From Ginglymostoma cirratum (Eukaryota): a stretch of 64,000 bases of DNA. Shown here in pieces: positions 37,505-50,030 of this stretch. The position numbers and the translations under genes were made by a program. A model generated the notes under the pieces. It was not told the DNA's origin. It saw only the letters and a list, made by a program, of their open reading frames with translations, and ran no database searches. Numbering within the stretch: position 1 is the stretch's first letter; each line of letters begins with the position of its first letter. The stretch covers positions 23,494,549 to 23,558,548 of the forward strand of contig JAHRHZ010000021.1 in assembly GCA_024137785.1 (NCBI GenBank), in the 5' to 3' direction.

Positions 37505-37885
37505 AAAAATAAAGCAAAAACAGAAATTGTTTGAATAACTCAGCAGATCTGGCAGCATCTGTGGAGAGAAAGCAGCGTTAACATTTTGGGTCCAGTGACC
37601 CTTATTCAGAACTGATTGTAACAGGAAAAGGTTGGTATATCTGCTGAAGAACGGATGGCAGGAGGAGTCGGGATAAACATTAGGTAGTGATGGAGCTCAG
37701 AGAGAGAGAGCAACAGTTGGGCAGATGGGTTGGTTGTGTTAGCAGCCCTTGTGATGATATGGCCTGGTGTGTGGGGTTTGGAGTAAGGACATGGGAGAAA
37801 GTGCTCAGGTCCTAAAATCATTGAACTTGAAATTGAGTCCAATAAACTGCAAGGTTTCCAAGTGGAAAATGAGATGGTGCATCCC
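37505..37885 (-). mobile_element. 5'-truncated Penelope-like element (family B)
   Basis: HHLIFHLETLQFIGLNFKFNDF matches the GIY-YIG C-terminal HLIFRLGTLQP.GLN..F motif and is followed by a pLTR. Confidence 0.85.
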
Positions 37886-38249
37886 ATATATGATATCATT
37901 TATTTTCGATTCTTGGATTTTGTACCATTGACATATGGATTTTCTCTGTGTTGAGGTTTAATAATTAACTTGTAAGTACTTTTGCAGCCATGGTAATTAG
38001 ATAAACAAAAACAGTCTGAGAGATGTAGTTCTTGGTGGTTAATGAAAATGTATTTTTATTGAGAGCGTTTTACAAATCAAGTAAACTGTTGTGCATTAGG
38101 CTTCTAGTTCTGAAAGTTCTGGAAATTGTGTTTGTTTTTTGGCTTAAGTGATACACCCATAGCTTGAAAAAAAGACTTTCAGTTTTAGTTTGGCAACTTA
38201 TCCTGTAATAACGTCAACTGAAATCATAACTGGAAATAATAGGGACAGT

Positions 38250-39575
38250 GATGTTGACTGCATGGTTTCACTCCATTTCACACCTGCAGTGACCATCTCA
38301 GATGCTAACACTGTGATTTAAGATATAGCAGACAGGTTTGATCAGCAGGTAATGAGACATGAGACAGTGGTGGCCTGCAGCCAGAGGAGGGAGCAAGTGG
38401 ACCCTGACTATGATTCACGATCTGATTGACAAATCTCTCAGCTTCCATTGCAGCATTAGCAATGACCACCCAAAATCTGAACACTGAAGTGAAAGTCAGA
38501 CTGCTGTTGTGAAAGGTCAGGCTGCTGACATGGAGAGAGTGATTGCTGTTATCACGGCTGTAGATCATAACATGCAAAGGGTTTTACAGGGTGACACAGC
38601 CCTCTGGGAATCCATTTGCAGTGACTGCTGAGATGCTGCTCCAGTGGAAATGCTGTGGTTCCATGGACTATGAATGTGTTGTCCTCTGTCAGGAAATAAA
38701 CACGTTCATTATAACACCTGTATCGCTCCGGTACATTTGCTGTTGCTAGTCCAGACTGTTGCTGCCCGTTCTGAAACTGTGCAGGCTGCAGCTGGACCTC
38801 ACAGCTATTGGAGGTCCTTCCCTAAGGCCTTTTCAGGCTTATCGATGAATATCAGCAGCGTTCCACCAAGCCTGCACCAACCACCATATGGGATGAGTGG
38901 CATTGGAGCACAAGGACAAGTGAAGACAGGTGGAAGGCAGGCATTGAGGGAATGCGCACCATTCCCTTACCAGTACCACACTGGTACCATTATTACATGC
39001 AACATGATGCAAATTCATTGATAAACCTGATTTGGAGTGTTTGTTTAGTTGTGGCTTTCATTTACTCTTTATGGGCAAGTGGACACTATAACTCTAAATA
39101 ATAGATGCAAAGTGGAACTATTGGTGAATTGCTATTGCATTTATTGATATCTCCCACAAACTTTACGACAAACAGTTTGACTGGATAAGGCTGTTTAAAT
39201 AGTTTAGTCTCCTCACTCCCTTCTTTATCTTCTTGCTAGCACTGCTCCTCTCCTGCTTCTCCAATCCCGCTCTGTCTGACACCTTGTGATGACAAAGTCA
39301 TGCAGCAGACCACCATGAGGCTTGACACCCACTCCACTGAATACTACAGCTTTCCTCTAGAGTCATCTATGAATGGGAAACTTTGTTTCAAAACCCAAGG
39401 ACCTTTGCCATCATTTTTTTAGTGTGCGGCAGCACGGCTTGCTGTTTATTTGTGCAAAGATTGTGTACTGGTATCATGAGACCCATGGATAGTGGATAGC
39501 CCTAACTCCCCAGTAGGCACTGTTTGGTTTGGTATGGTGGCCTGCATAATGCTACCATGTCAGCAAACAACAAAA
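38250..39575. mobile_element. Harbinger remnant: Myb-partner 3' part (+) converging on transposase piece (-)
   Basis: ccatctcagatgctaacac motif at ~38295; minus strand 39420-39575 PPYQTKQCLLGS*GYPLSMGLMIPVHN matches GWLLGDKGYPL..WLMTP..N. Confidence 0.65.
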
Positions 39576-40324
39576 TAGCGCAACTACCTCAAGCTGCAGT
39601 TTGGAGAAAGGCAGATACTGAAAAGGTTATTGTTACTGTCGCCTTCACAGCAATTGGCTCCTTTTTTTTGTCTTGTTACTTAAGTCACAGTTATGCCTGC
39701 AGCCATGTGTGGTAGATTTCATTGAAGATATCCTTATTGAATTGCGGATATTCCAAATGTTTTTCCTTTCCGAGATTCAGGTTGCTGAACGACTCCTGTT
39801 ACAGCCATGAAGGTTATAAGATGCTGTGAGATTGTGATTATAAATTTATAGTAAACGAAGGGGTCGGGTAATTTGTTCTGTCATCTGCTTGACAGTTTGC
39901 CTGAGTGATTTGATTGTTAGAAATTAAATTGCTTTAGTGAGAAGAATGTGCAAAGTACTTATGCATGGAGACAACTGCAGCCATCTCTAAATTTACTATG
40001 AATAGAACCTGAGTCTCCTAAAATCTCAAAAGGTTGTTTTTGCACATCAGCCATTGATATTGCATTATAAGCAAATGTGCTGCAGACTGTCCATTTATTT
40101 CTAAGATGAAAATGAGTTGGATCAAGATAGTTAATTATCAGTTCTACCTGAATACAAGGTTAATTTGTTTTCATGTTGCCATGGGGAAGAAAGCAAAGGA
40201 AGTAATTTTCGAGATCTGGCTACAGGCTTTCCTAAAAATCACCGAATATCACAGAAAGATAACAAAGATTTTGTGAGGTCAGTAGAAAGGCAAGTGGTGA
40301 AGCTGTGGGGGTGGAGGCATTTAC

Positions 40325-40480
40325 GGAAATGGAGATAAGAGTAAGTCAGTAATTGTGGAACTGGAGGTAGGTGAGCTTCTTTCTGCTCCTCTTGCCCTTC
40401 AAGAAGTGTTGTAAATGTCCATAAGTTAGGGATGCAGAACTGTTGGTTTTCTGACACTTTGGAAAGCAGACTGAAATGGG
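40325..40480 (-). pseudogene. Exon-like segment (156 nt, open frame) of the putative FSIP2-like gene
   Basis: Acceptor ttttgttttag, donor gtaaat; phase-symmetric; HFSLLSKVSENQQFCIPNLWTFTTLLEGQEEQKEAHLPPVPQLLTYSYLHF. Confidence 0.35.
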
Positions 40481-41589
40481 CTAAAACAAAAGGAGGCATG
40501 CAGCCTTTGTAAATATTTTATCAGTTTCTTAGTGCAGATTAATTCCTCGCCTCCATTCTACCTCTGTAAAAATCAAAAGTAGGGAGTTCTGAGACAGGTT
40601 AGAGCTATGATTAAAATGTTACAAATTTTAATTTCTCATCTGATTTAAACAAATCTGTCCTTGGAGTTTTAAATTATTCTTCCTGTAAGAATTTAACTCC
40701 TGGTACTCATCCACATACCATCTGAAAGCAGCAGGAAAGTACAGCTGACCACCAAATGGGAGAACAATGTTGGGCAGCATCTGAGTGATCAACACTGCCA
40801 GAACAGTGCTCTGCACTCAGGGAAGGCTTGGGGAGCAGATTTCAGGATGGCGGTGTTAGGGGGTACAATGCCAAAGGTTTCCTTTGGGGCCTACAAGGAC
40901 ACATCTACTTCCACTTGCCCAATAACTGAACATTTAGTTGACTTGCTAAATTGACCTGCTGGGAAAACCACAACTTCATATCTTTATGCCTATGGTCAAA
41001 ATGGTCATCCAGCCCACATGATGTCAGTTGAGGTTAATCTTCGCAATTAAAGAACTCCACAGGTACTCATCTGATCTGTACAGTTATTGACCTAAATATC
41101 AGTGCGTGCAGGGAAATTGTAGGCAGTTGGTGAAAAAGTTCACAAAGTAACATTGATTGCCTGTCTATCAAATTTTGAACGAAGTGCAATGCTAACATAG
41201 CTCCTCAAAATGTCCTTTTTGTCTAAGTGTTAACAAAAAATCTCCAGTGGAGCCAAGCTGCTTGTTTTTAGGTTCAACGTACTTACTCATTTTTATAGAT
41301 GGATTAGAAATGATTAGAAAGTTATGACTGATACCCTAATTAGGAACAATCAAATATTTGCCCAGATTCCAAAATGCTTTTTATTCACCTGAATGGATTT
41401 TTGCACTTACAAAAAGAACACTAATTAGAAAGAAACTGCACAGGGAAATTGTTTTCTTTCTTTATATAAAGATACAATACTTTGCTGTTTGGCTAAAAAA
41501 ATGACAGTATAAAATGTGACTTGGAAGAAGGGACACAGTGTACTTACTATATTTAAATGTGCTGACAATACAAAAATAGGTGGCAGGGC

Positions 41590-42540
41590 ATAGAACTTAG
41601 AACAGTACAGCACAGGAACGGGCCCTTCGGCCCATGACGTTGTGCTGAACATGTCGCCAAATTAAACTTATCCCTTCTGCCTACCCTTGGTCCATATCAC
41701 TCCATTCCTTGCATATCCATGTGCTTATCTAAAAGTCCCTTAAATGTCCCTATAATATCTACCTCTACCATTATCCCTGGAGCACATTCCAGACTCTTGC
41801 GACAGTCTGTCAAAAAGCTTGCCCCTCACGTCTTCTTTGCACTTGCCCCCTCTCACCTTAGATGCATGGCCCTCGTATTAGACATTTCAACTCTGCGAAA
41901 AAGATTCTGACTGTCAACCCTATCTACTCATCTCATAATTTTATAGACTTCTATCAAGTCTCCCCTTAGCCTCTGCCACTCCAGAGAAATCAACCTGAGT
42001 TATTCTAGCCTCCCCTTAGAGCTCATACCCTTTAATCCAGGAAGCATCCTGGTAAACCTTTTCTGCACCTTCTCCAAAGCCTTCATATCCTTCCTGTAAT
42101 ATGGTGACTAGAACTGAACACAATACTCTAAGTATGGCCTAACCAAAGTCTTATAAAGCTGCAACATTACATTTTGACTCTTGTACTGAATTCCCCAATC
42201 AATGAAGGCAAGCATGCTATATGCCTTCTTTACCACCCTATCTACTTGCATGACCATTTTCAGGGAGCTGAAATCTCCCTCTGCATATGAATGCTGTTCA
42301 GGGTCCTGACATCTTGTACCCTTTTTCTTAACATTTGATCTCCCAAAGTGCAGCACCTCACACTTATCCGGATTAAACTCCATCTGCCATTTTTCCACCC
42401 ATATCTGCAACTGACCGATGTCATGTTGCACCTGTCAACAACCTTCTACATTATCCGTAACTCCAGCAATTTTTGTATCATCTGCAAACTTACTAAATAC
42501 CTATCTACGTTTTCATCCAAGTCATTTGTACATATCACAA
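41590..42540 (-). mobile_element. CR1 3' fragment
   Basis: WQMEFNPDKCEVLHFG, LYKTLVRPYLEYCVQF; catagaacttagaac tail. Confidence 0.9.
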
Positions 42541-42544
42541 AGAA

Positions 42545-43412
42545 ACATGAGGACATAAGGAATCTGCAAGGAGATATGGGTAGACTAAGAGATTAGGTAA
42601 AAAATTAGCATTGGAAAGTGTGATGTTATGCATTTTGGGTGGGAAGAATCAAAAAATAGATTTATTTAATGCAGTTACTCCAAGTAAGTGCAACACTGAA
42701 GGAAGTTGACATTCCTGTACATGAAACACAGAAGAAAATATTCAGGTGCTGCAAGTAATTAAGAAGACGAATGAAATTTTGGCCATTATTGCTGGGGTTG
42801 GAGTTCAAAAATACATAAGTCTTGTTACAACAATATAGGGTGTTGGTGAGACCACGCCTGGAGGAATGGATACAGGTTTTGGTCCCCCTATTTAACAAAA
42901 GACATAATGGCATTGGAGGCAGTTCAGATTTGATTCACTGGGCTGATTCCTGAGCTAAAAGACTGACTTTTCAAGAGCTGTTTAAAAGGTTAGACCTTCA
43001 TTAGAGTTGAGAAGAATTAGGAGTAATGTATTGAAACATACATGATTCTGACATAGCTTGACAGGTTAGACGTTGAGAAAATGTTTCCAGTATTGCTGGG
43101 GTCTCAAGCTAGGGCACATAATTACAGAATAATAGGATACTCATTTAAATCTGAGATGGGAAGGAATTTTTATCCCAGAGTGTGGGAAATGCCTGGAATT
43201 GTCTACCTTAGAAAGTTGTGGATGCCAGATGACTGAAATTATTTAAAGAGAACGTGGATAGATTTTTGAAATATTGGGGAGTTGTGGACTCTGAGGAGCT
43301 GGCACTAGAGTGGAGTTGAGGCCTGGGACAAAACAATTGTGATATTATAGAATGGAGGAACAGGCTTGATGGCTGAATGACCGACTGCTGCTCACTTTTC
43401 TTAAGTTTTTAT
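42545..43412 (+). mobile_element. CR1 3' fragment (different subfamily)
   Basis: LQGDMGRL, KCDVMHFG, YRVLVRPRLEEWIQVL, SQSVGNAWNCLP; tail gctcacttttcttaagttttt. Confidence 0.85.
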
Positions 43413-44086
43413 AATTCGTTTATGATCTGTAGCTACACAGACTATGTGAAATTGTGTGACTCACAATGACACTCTCCTTAGGGATTTTTGTACTTAGCAT
43501 CAGCAAGGTGCATTTGCTTCCATGAAAAGCAGGTCAACTGGGTTCCGAAACGATGCCCTTTAGAGGAGGATTATTCTTCAAAGGTATAGCACAGTATGAA
43601 GCAAACTCTGTAGGAAGTATCAAAGGAAAGGAACATTAAGTAAAAATGTATTTCTTCCTCTAATTTCCCACTGTTTTTTTATAACCTACTGTGGCATTTT
43701 CTCATTTCAAATGTGCCACACTACTACCTTTATATCCAGACTTGAACAACAAATTTTTAATTCAGTCTTGAAAAGATTCTACCATATCAGCATAATTTCC
43801 TGAATTTTCTTGTCTCAAGAAGGTTTGTTTATTGTCTACTTTTCAGTCTAGCATTTGTCACTAAAATTAGTTTGAAGCTGGTAATAATCATAGTAATCAT
43901 TTTTCTATATTTCACTTATTCTTAATATCATCATAACCAAGTGCTTAAGAAGCATTAGAACAATGAATCTGCTGGAACCATGTTATGTCTTACAAATATG
44001 TACATCGATGTGTGCAGAAAATTGCAGACTGGCCAAACTAGTGTCCATTTTCAAAAGAACTGAAAGACCTAGTGCAGGTAATTGTA

Positions 44087-44256
44087 TGGAACAAAGAAGA
44101 TCTGAAACAAAAACAAAATTGCTGGAGAAGCTTAACAGATCAGGCAGTATCTGTGGAGAGAAAGCAGAGTTAATGTTTCGAGTCCAGTGACCTTTCTTCA
44201 GAACAATTCAGATGCTGCCAGCCCTGTTGCATTTTTCCAGCAATTTTTGTTTTTGT
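44087..44256. mobile_element. Penelope-like pLTR (family B) with partial inverted copy, inside a small CR1 fragment
   Basis: aaacaaaaacaaaattgctggagaag...cagaac, then cagatgctgcc...ccagcaatttttgtttttgtt; imperfect TSD tgcagg.aatt.ta. Confidence 0.75.
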
Positions 44257-44311
44257 TGCAGGGAATTATAGACCAGTTAGCTCAACATCTGTGTTAGAAA
44301 AAATGGCATAA

Positions 44312-46425
44312 GGCTGAATCTTACATTTTTTTTGTTGATGTATAAGCTGTGTTGTGTTTTTGGAAGCTTTTTCTTGCCGTGAGACTTAGCACAATTTCTC
44401 ACTAAATCTTACCCAACTCATCTCATTAACTACTTACCCCACACCTATGTTGTCCGTCTGAAGTGATTCAAGCCCTATCTTACCACAAGCCATTTCCAGA
44501 AAAAACCTGCCACTCTGGTACATGTCACTGCTGAATTATGACAATCTTCATTCTGCTACTTCATGCTCATGCTGTCCCTGCCAATGCATCCATCTCCTAC
44601 CAAGGGTCATGCTTTGCCACACTCCCTAGTGCTTGCAAGATCTTCTCTCACCCAGTCTCACCAGCGCCTGGCCTCCAAACCCTCACACGACAAACATGCC
44701 TTCTGTGCTAGATACTCAATCCCGCAGAAAACCTCACCAGCATTTTTATGCCAGACATCAGAGTGCTTACCCCCAATGGGGAGAAAATCCTGACCCTTGC
44801 AGCAGAAGATCACTCCTGCGGAAATGCCAAGCCACTTATGACTTGCCAACCAAGTAAATTCCATTCTTCAGTCCACTTCAATTCTCTCATTATCAGTGTC
44901 GTTCATTGCACACCATTTCAGACCATTGGCTGTTACACGTTCTCTCTTGTGTCTTGCAGGTACCAGCGGGATATCTGTGATCTCTACAGCAAAATGGCCA
45001 GCTCCACCAGAAACCAATGACTCATCCTCTGAGGAAAGCATAGTGAGGCTGCAGAGGAAGCACCTGTAAGGCTGCCTCCTGCATGCCCCATCAGCTCAGA
45101 TTGCTGACACCTCAGTTGGAATGTCAGCCTTAAAATGTTTTGTGGCATAAGCTGATGACCACCTCATTGTTGAATGCTTCACAGCCAGCTGAGGAAGAAA
45201 TGCCCCTGCCCTCTAGCACTCGGCAAGGCAAGGTAAGGCAAGAATCCAAGTAGGTGCTAAGTGAGAAAGTGAAAAGAGATCAATTGAGCAGCCTGAGAAG
45301 ATGTCTGATCCTATTTGAGAGCTGGGTACCTGTCCTTGTGCCAAAAAAATCTTTGTAGCAGCCTCATTGGCCAGCAGCTTCCAGCCTCTGGCTATGGATC
45401 CCCTTTCTGATAGTGCCACCTGTGAATCCCATACATAGGCTTTGTACCTCCCCATTCAACCTGTCTAAATGAACCTGCATCTGCCTGTCACCTATCATCC
45501 CATGAACATGCCTGTTGTGGTCATATGCTGTCAACTACCCAATCCTGAAGCCAAGATTGTCCTTACTGAGGATGAACCCACCTCCTGCATCTTCCCATTC
45601 CCATCCATACTTTACCATGTCACCCCCTTACAAGTATAGTTGCCTCACCTTCATAAATTTCAACCGTCTTGCTCCCCAGTCTACAGTCCCCAGTCCTTGA
45701 TGGATAGCTTCCCAGATCTCCTTCCTTTGGCAGTAGTCTCCCTTTACCCCTACTTTCACCTTGGTTCCTCTGGACAGAATTAATGGACCTATGTGGCCAA
45801 CCCCACTGAGCAGCTTACTGGACAGCCCTGAACAAGGAGTGCTGAAGCCCCTGACTAAAGCCTGTACATCTTCCTGAATGCATCAGCCCTACCCTCTGGA
45901 CTTTTCGCTACAGAGCCACAGGACTGACTGTGACCCATTCCGGACTGCAGAGGCATGGGCACCGTGACCAAAAGCATCCTGAGCAGTTGCCAATCCCCTG
46001 AACTGGTTTCAGAGGCTGTCCTTCCTTACTGTGCTGGCACACTCTCCGATATGTTACTCCACGGATTTTGGTGAGGACTACTCCCCTAAGACACGGCATG
46101 GCTCTGTAAGCCTGGCTGCACATGCAGTGTGTTTGCCGGGTAAGCTGCTGGTGCATAGTGCAGGGATGAGATTGATGTAGCACCTTACCATAAATCAGGA
46201 CACACACCCCATTGACTGAGGACTGCTGACAAGCAAGGTACGCTACCTGGTCATGTGACTGCATTAATTGGCAAGGCAAGCGTGCAGGTAGGTGATAAGT
46301 GAGAATGGACAAACAGAGCAAACAAACAGCCCTGAGATGAAACCTGGTCAAGTTGAGAGATGGGTACCTGTCTCTGTGCCAAGAAGTATCCTATAGCAGC
46401 ATTTCAATGCTTGCTGCCTGTTTGA
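44312..46425. mobile_element. Harbinger-family remnant
   Basis: TAA followed by terminus ggctgaatcttac.. homologous to 2188-2295; Myb-partner motif cagctcagattgctgacacc at ~45092. Confidence 0.5.
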
Positions 46426-46466
46426 CCTGCAATGCCTCTCAGCCAGGTTGACATCGTAGAATATGA

Positions 46467-46826
46467 ACATAGAACATAGAACTTACAACAGTACAGCACA
46501 GTATAGACCCTTCAGTCCACGATGTTGTGCTGAACCTTTACCCTAAACTTAAGGTCTATCTAACCTTCACCCCTACCTTATACTACCGTCCATATGCCTA
46601 TCTAATAGCCGCTTAAATGCCCCTAATGCACTACCCTCTCCGGCAATGCATTCCACACCCCTACCACTCTCTGAGTAAAGAACCTACCTCTGATGTCTCC
46701 CCTATATCTACCTCCGCTCACTTTAAAACTATGCCCCCTTGTAATAGCTACCTCCACCCTAGGAAAAAGTCTCTGGCTGCCCACTCTATCTTTACCTCTG
46801 ATCATTTTGTACACCTCTATCAAGTT
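46467..46826 (-). mobile_element. CR1 3' fragment inserted in the Gypsy 5' LTR
   Basis: acatagaacatagaac tail; RGRFFTQRVVGVWNALP. Confidence 0.9.
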
Positions 46827-47490
46827 ACGTTCCCTGTATGGTCCTGTTAATCTGGTCCATTCAGGGAGCCCTAGCAGACAGATAAGAACAGGAGAGTCAG
46901 ACATCATGACACTCTGAGAGTTGACTCTGAGGGAGCTGGATCAGTGTCAAGGGCTTTCCACGTGTAAATAAAAGGTGACTTGGTAACGGGATATTGGCCT
47001 CTGTGGAGTTATTTCAGTGGCTACGAAAGTAAAGAACGGTCCTGAAGAAATTCACTCACAACAGTCATCTTTGAGTTGGGTAAGCATTTCTGGCATCATA
47101 CTGTTATTTGGGAAGCTTGACCTGTTCGACGCTGTGGTCAAAGACTGGCCCCAGTATTTGGAAAGAATGCTTTATTTTTTTCTGTGCAAATGACATTGGG
47201 GCAGATGCAGTGTGTAATTCTCTTGACAGCTTGTGGACCTACGTCTTTTTGGTTATTAGGAGGCTAATTTATTCCCAAGGTATCAGATATTAAAACCTTT
47301 CAAGAGTTGATGGATTTAGTTAAGGAATATTATGACTCTGAGAATCCTCTAATTTGGAAATGGAATTATTTTTACTCGGCAACTCAAGAACCAGGCAAAT
47401 CCGTTTTAGGATTTTGACTAGTTTAAAATGACTGACTGAGGCATGTGACTTTGGTTTGACCCTTAATGAGATGCTGAGAAATCATTTGGT

Positions 47491-48185
47491 ATTTAATGTT
47501 TGAACCAAGATCTGTAGCTCGGGTTGTGGTTGGAGTTGGTGGTTGGTTCATCGAGCTGACTGGTTTTCATACAAACGTTTCATCTCCCTTCTAGGTGACA
47601 TCATCAGTGCTGTGTAGTCTCCATTGAAGCGCTGTTGTTCTGTCCCACTCTGAATCTATATGGTCCAGTGTGTCATGGTGGGTAGTCTTGTTTCCAGTTT
47701 TGTACCATAGTGGTATGTAGATGGGGCCTGTTTCAACATGTTTGTTAATTGCATCAGTGAGTGAAAACCAGGCCTCCAGGAATTCTTGTGTTTGTCTTTA
47801 TCTCACTTGGCCTAGTACAGAAACTTTGTCCCAGACAAATTCTATGTTGGAGTGTATTGAAATGAGGGAGAGTTAGTCATGCCGTTTTACTGCGAGTTGG
47901 TGTTTAAGTATCCTGGTGGCAAGTTTCAGAGTGGGACAGAACAACAGTGCTTCAATGGAGGCTACACAGCACTGAAGATGTCACCTAGAAGGGAAATGAA
48001 ATGAAAACCAGTCAGGTAGGCGAACCAACCAACAACTCCAACTGCAACCCGAGATACAGATCTTCATTAAAACATTAAATACTAAATGGTCTCTCAGCCT
48101 CTCATTACGGGTTAAACCAAAATCACACACCTCTGTCGGTGGTTTGCACGAAAACCAGTCAGCTCATTCAATTAGCCAACCCAAC
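47491..48185 (-). mobile_element. Penelope-like element (third family) with inverted pLTRs, inserted in Gypsy gag
   Basis: KLATRILKHQLAVKRHD..EFLEAWFS..AINKH (GIY-YIG C-terminus); ~160-bp inverted repeat 47489-47652 / 47927-48082; core ctgatgatgtcacctagaagggagatgaaacg; TSD catttggt (47483-47490, 48186-48193). Confidence 0.85.
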
Positions 48186-48663
48186 CATTTGGTCTGTGGG
48201 ATTAATGATTTAACCATGCAAAAGTGCCTATCAGCCGAAGCCCATCTGGACTTCAAACAGACACTGCAGCTGGCTTTATCATTGGAAAATAGAGTATGTG
48301 TAAGTAGAGCATGAGGTTTAGGGTATTCTGATGGAAATGGACACCCTCGCCAGTCTGACTGAGCTTTGGGAACACTTGATTGTTTCTGATGTAGACGTTG
48401 ATAAGTAATTTAACTGTTCCAAATCAGATGTATGTGGCTTTTCCAGCGTATGCACTCTCCTGGAAACTGGCCTATGAGTTCTCTTGCTCAATTTAGGTCT
48501 AGTGGGAAGTTTGAGGGATTATCAAAGGAGCCAAGGCCACCTTACATGTTGAGCATGAATCAATTCCATGATTCTGCCAGGCCTGCCCAGTGCCATTTGC
48601 CTTACAGGCAAAAGTAGAGGCAGAAATCAGAAGGCTGTGAAACGAAGAAATCATCAAACCAGT

Positions 48664-48764
48664 GAGATAGCAAGAAGGGTCCCGACCCAAAATGTCAGCT
48701 TTCCTGCTCCTCTGATGCTGCCTGGCCTGCTGTGTTCATCCAGCTCCACACTTTGCTAACTCTG
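48664..48764 (+). mobile_element. Penelope-like pLTR (family A) in Gypsy pol
   Basis: 15-bp TSD aatcatcaaaccagt (48649-48663, 48765-48779). Confidence 0.85.
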
Positions 48765-49595
48765 AATCATCAAACCAGTCCAGTTTGCGGAATGGGCAGA
48801 ATTGATTATTCCATTTATGAAGCCCAGTGGGCTGGTTCGCCTTTGTGAGGTTTTTAAATGGTAAACCACTCTTTGCAGCTGGATACACACCCAATTCCTC
48901 ACTTAGAGGATTTATACATAGAGCTGGCACGAGGACTGTACTTCACGAAGCTGGACATGAGCCAGAATAATTGCAATTGCAGTTGGATGACGATTAACAG
49001 AAGTATATCGTAATCAACACCCATAAGGGTTTGTACTAATATATGAGACTGCCATTTTGGGTATGTCAGGCTGTGCAATTTTTCAGTGGATGGTGGAGAA
49101 AATTTTATAAAGTCTACCCAAGATCACCATTTATATAAATGATGCGCTAATAACAGGGAAGACCAATAAGGAGCACTTAAGAGGACTTGGACATAGCCCT
49201 TGGGTATTTCTGCCAAGTAGGTGTACACCTTAGAAGGGAAATTTTGAGTTCCAGGTACCCTAAGTGACATATTTGGGCTACCGAGCTACACCCGTTGGAA
49301 GATGAAGTGAGGGCAATCAAATGTGCCCCTGCTCCCACACCTGTATCGGAGCTTGGGTCTTTCCTTGGGCAGGTGAATTATTATGGAAAGTTCATATGTA
49401 ACCTCGCCTTCATCCTAGCATCTTTGAACCAACTCCTTAAAAAAAGGGTCAGCCTTGGAAATGGTCACGTGACCAAGCCATTGCTTTCAGGGAAGTGAAG
49501 AAACAGCTATCATCCTCTAAGGTGTTGGCACCCCATGATCCCAAATGTGATCTGGTATTGATATATGATGCCTCCCTGTAAAGCATCATGATTAG

Positions 49596-49693
49596 TTTCT
49601 GATGAAGGGTTTAGGCCCGAAACTTCAAGTTTTCCTGCTCCTATGATGCTGCTTGACCTGCTGTGTTCATCCAGCCCCATGCTTGTTATCTCT
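49596..49693 (+). mobile_element. Penelope-like pLTR (family A) in Gypsy RNase H region
   Basis: tttctgatgaagggtttaggcccgaaacttc...cttgttatctc. Confidence 0.8.
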
Positions 49694-49742
49694 GGTTAGC
49701 TTAGCTCATAGGTGGCCCAATAGTGTATGCATCCAGGACTTT

Positions 49743-50030
49743 GGACAGCATAGTGGCTCAGTACCTACCACTGCTGCTTCACAGCACCAGGGACCCGGGT
49801 TCGATTCCACCCTCAGGCGACTGTGGCATTTGGTATGGAGTTTGCACATTCTTCCCATGCCTGTATGCTACAGCTTCCTCCCACAGTCCAAAGGTGCACA
49901 TGTTAGATGGACTAGATGTGGGAAATGTGGGGTTACATGGATAGGGTGGGTCTGAGTGGATGCTCTTCAGAGGGTTGATGTGGTCTCAATGGGCAAATGG
50001 CTTGCTTCCATGCCGTAGGGATTCTGTGAT
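49743..50030 (+). mobile_element. HE1-type SINE nested in Gypsy
   Basis: Homologous to 36962-37309; B-box ggttcgattcc. Confidence 0.85.

Noticed and set aside
29722-38400. Additional CTCF-like motifs (ccaccagatgggtc near 29723; ccagaggagggagc near 38381)
   Set aside because: Mismatches at core positions, and both lie within probable transposon remnants.
41590-43412. Single CR1 with a 5' inversion (twin priming)
   Set aside because: Both halves cover the same RT region and each has its own different 3' tail, so they are two independent insertions.
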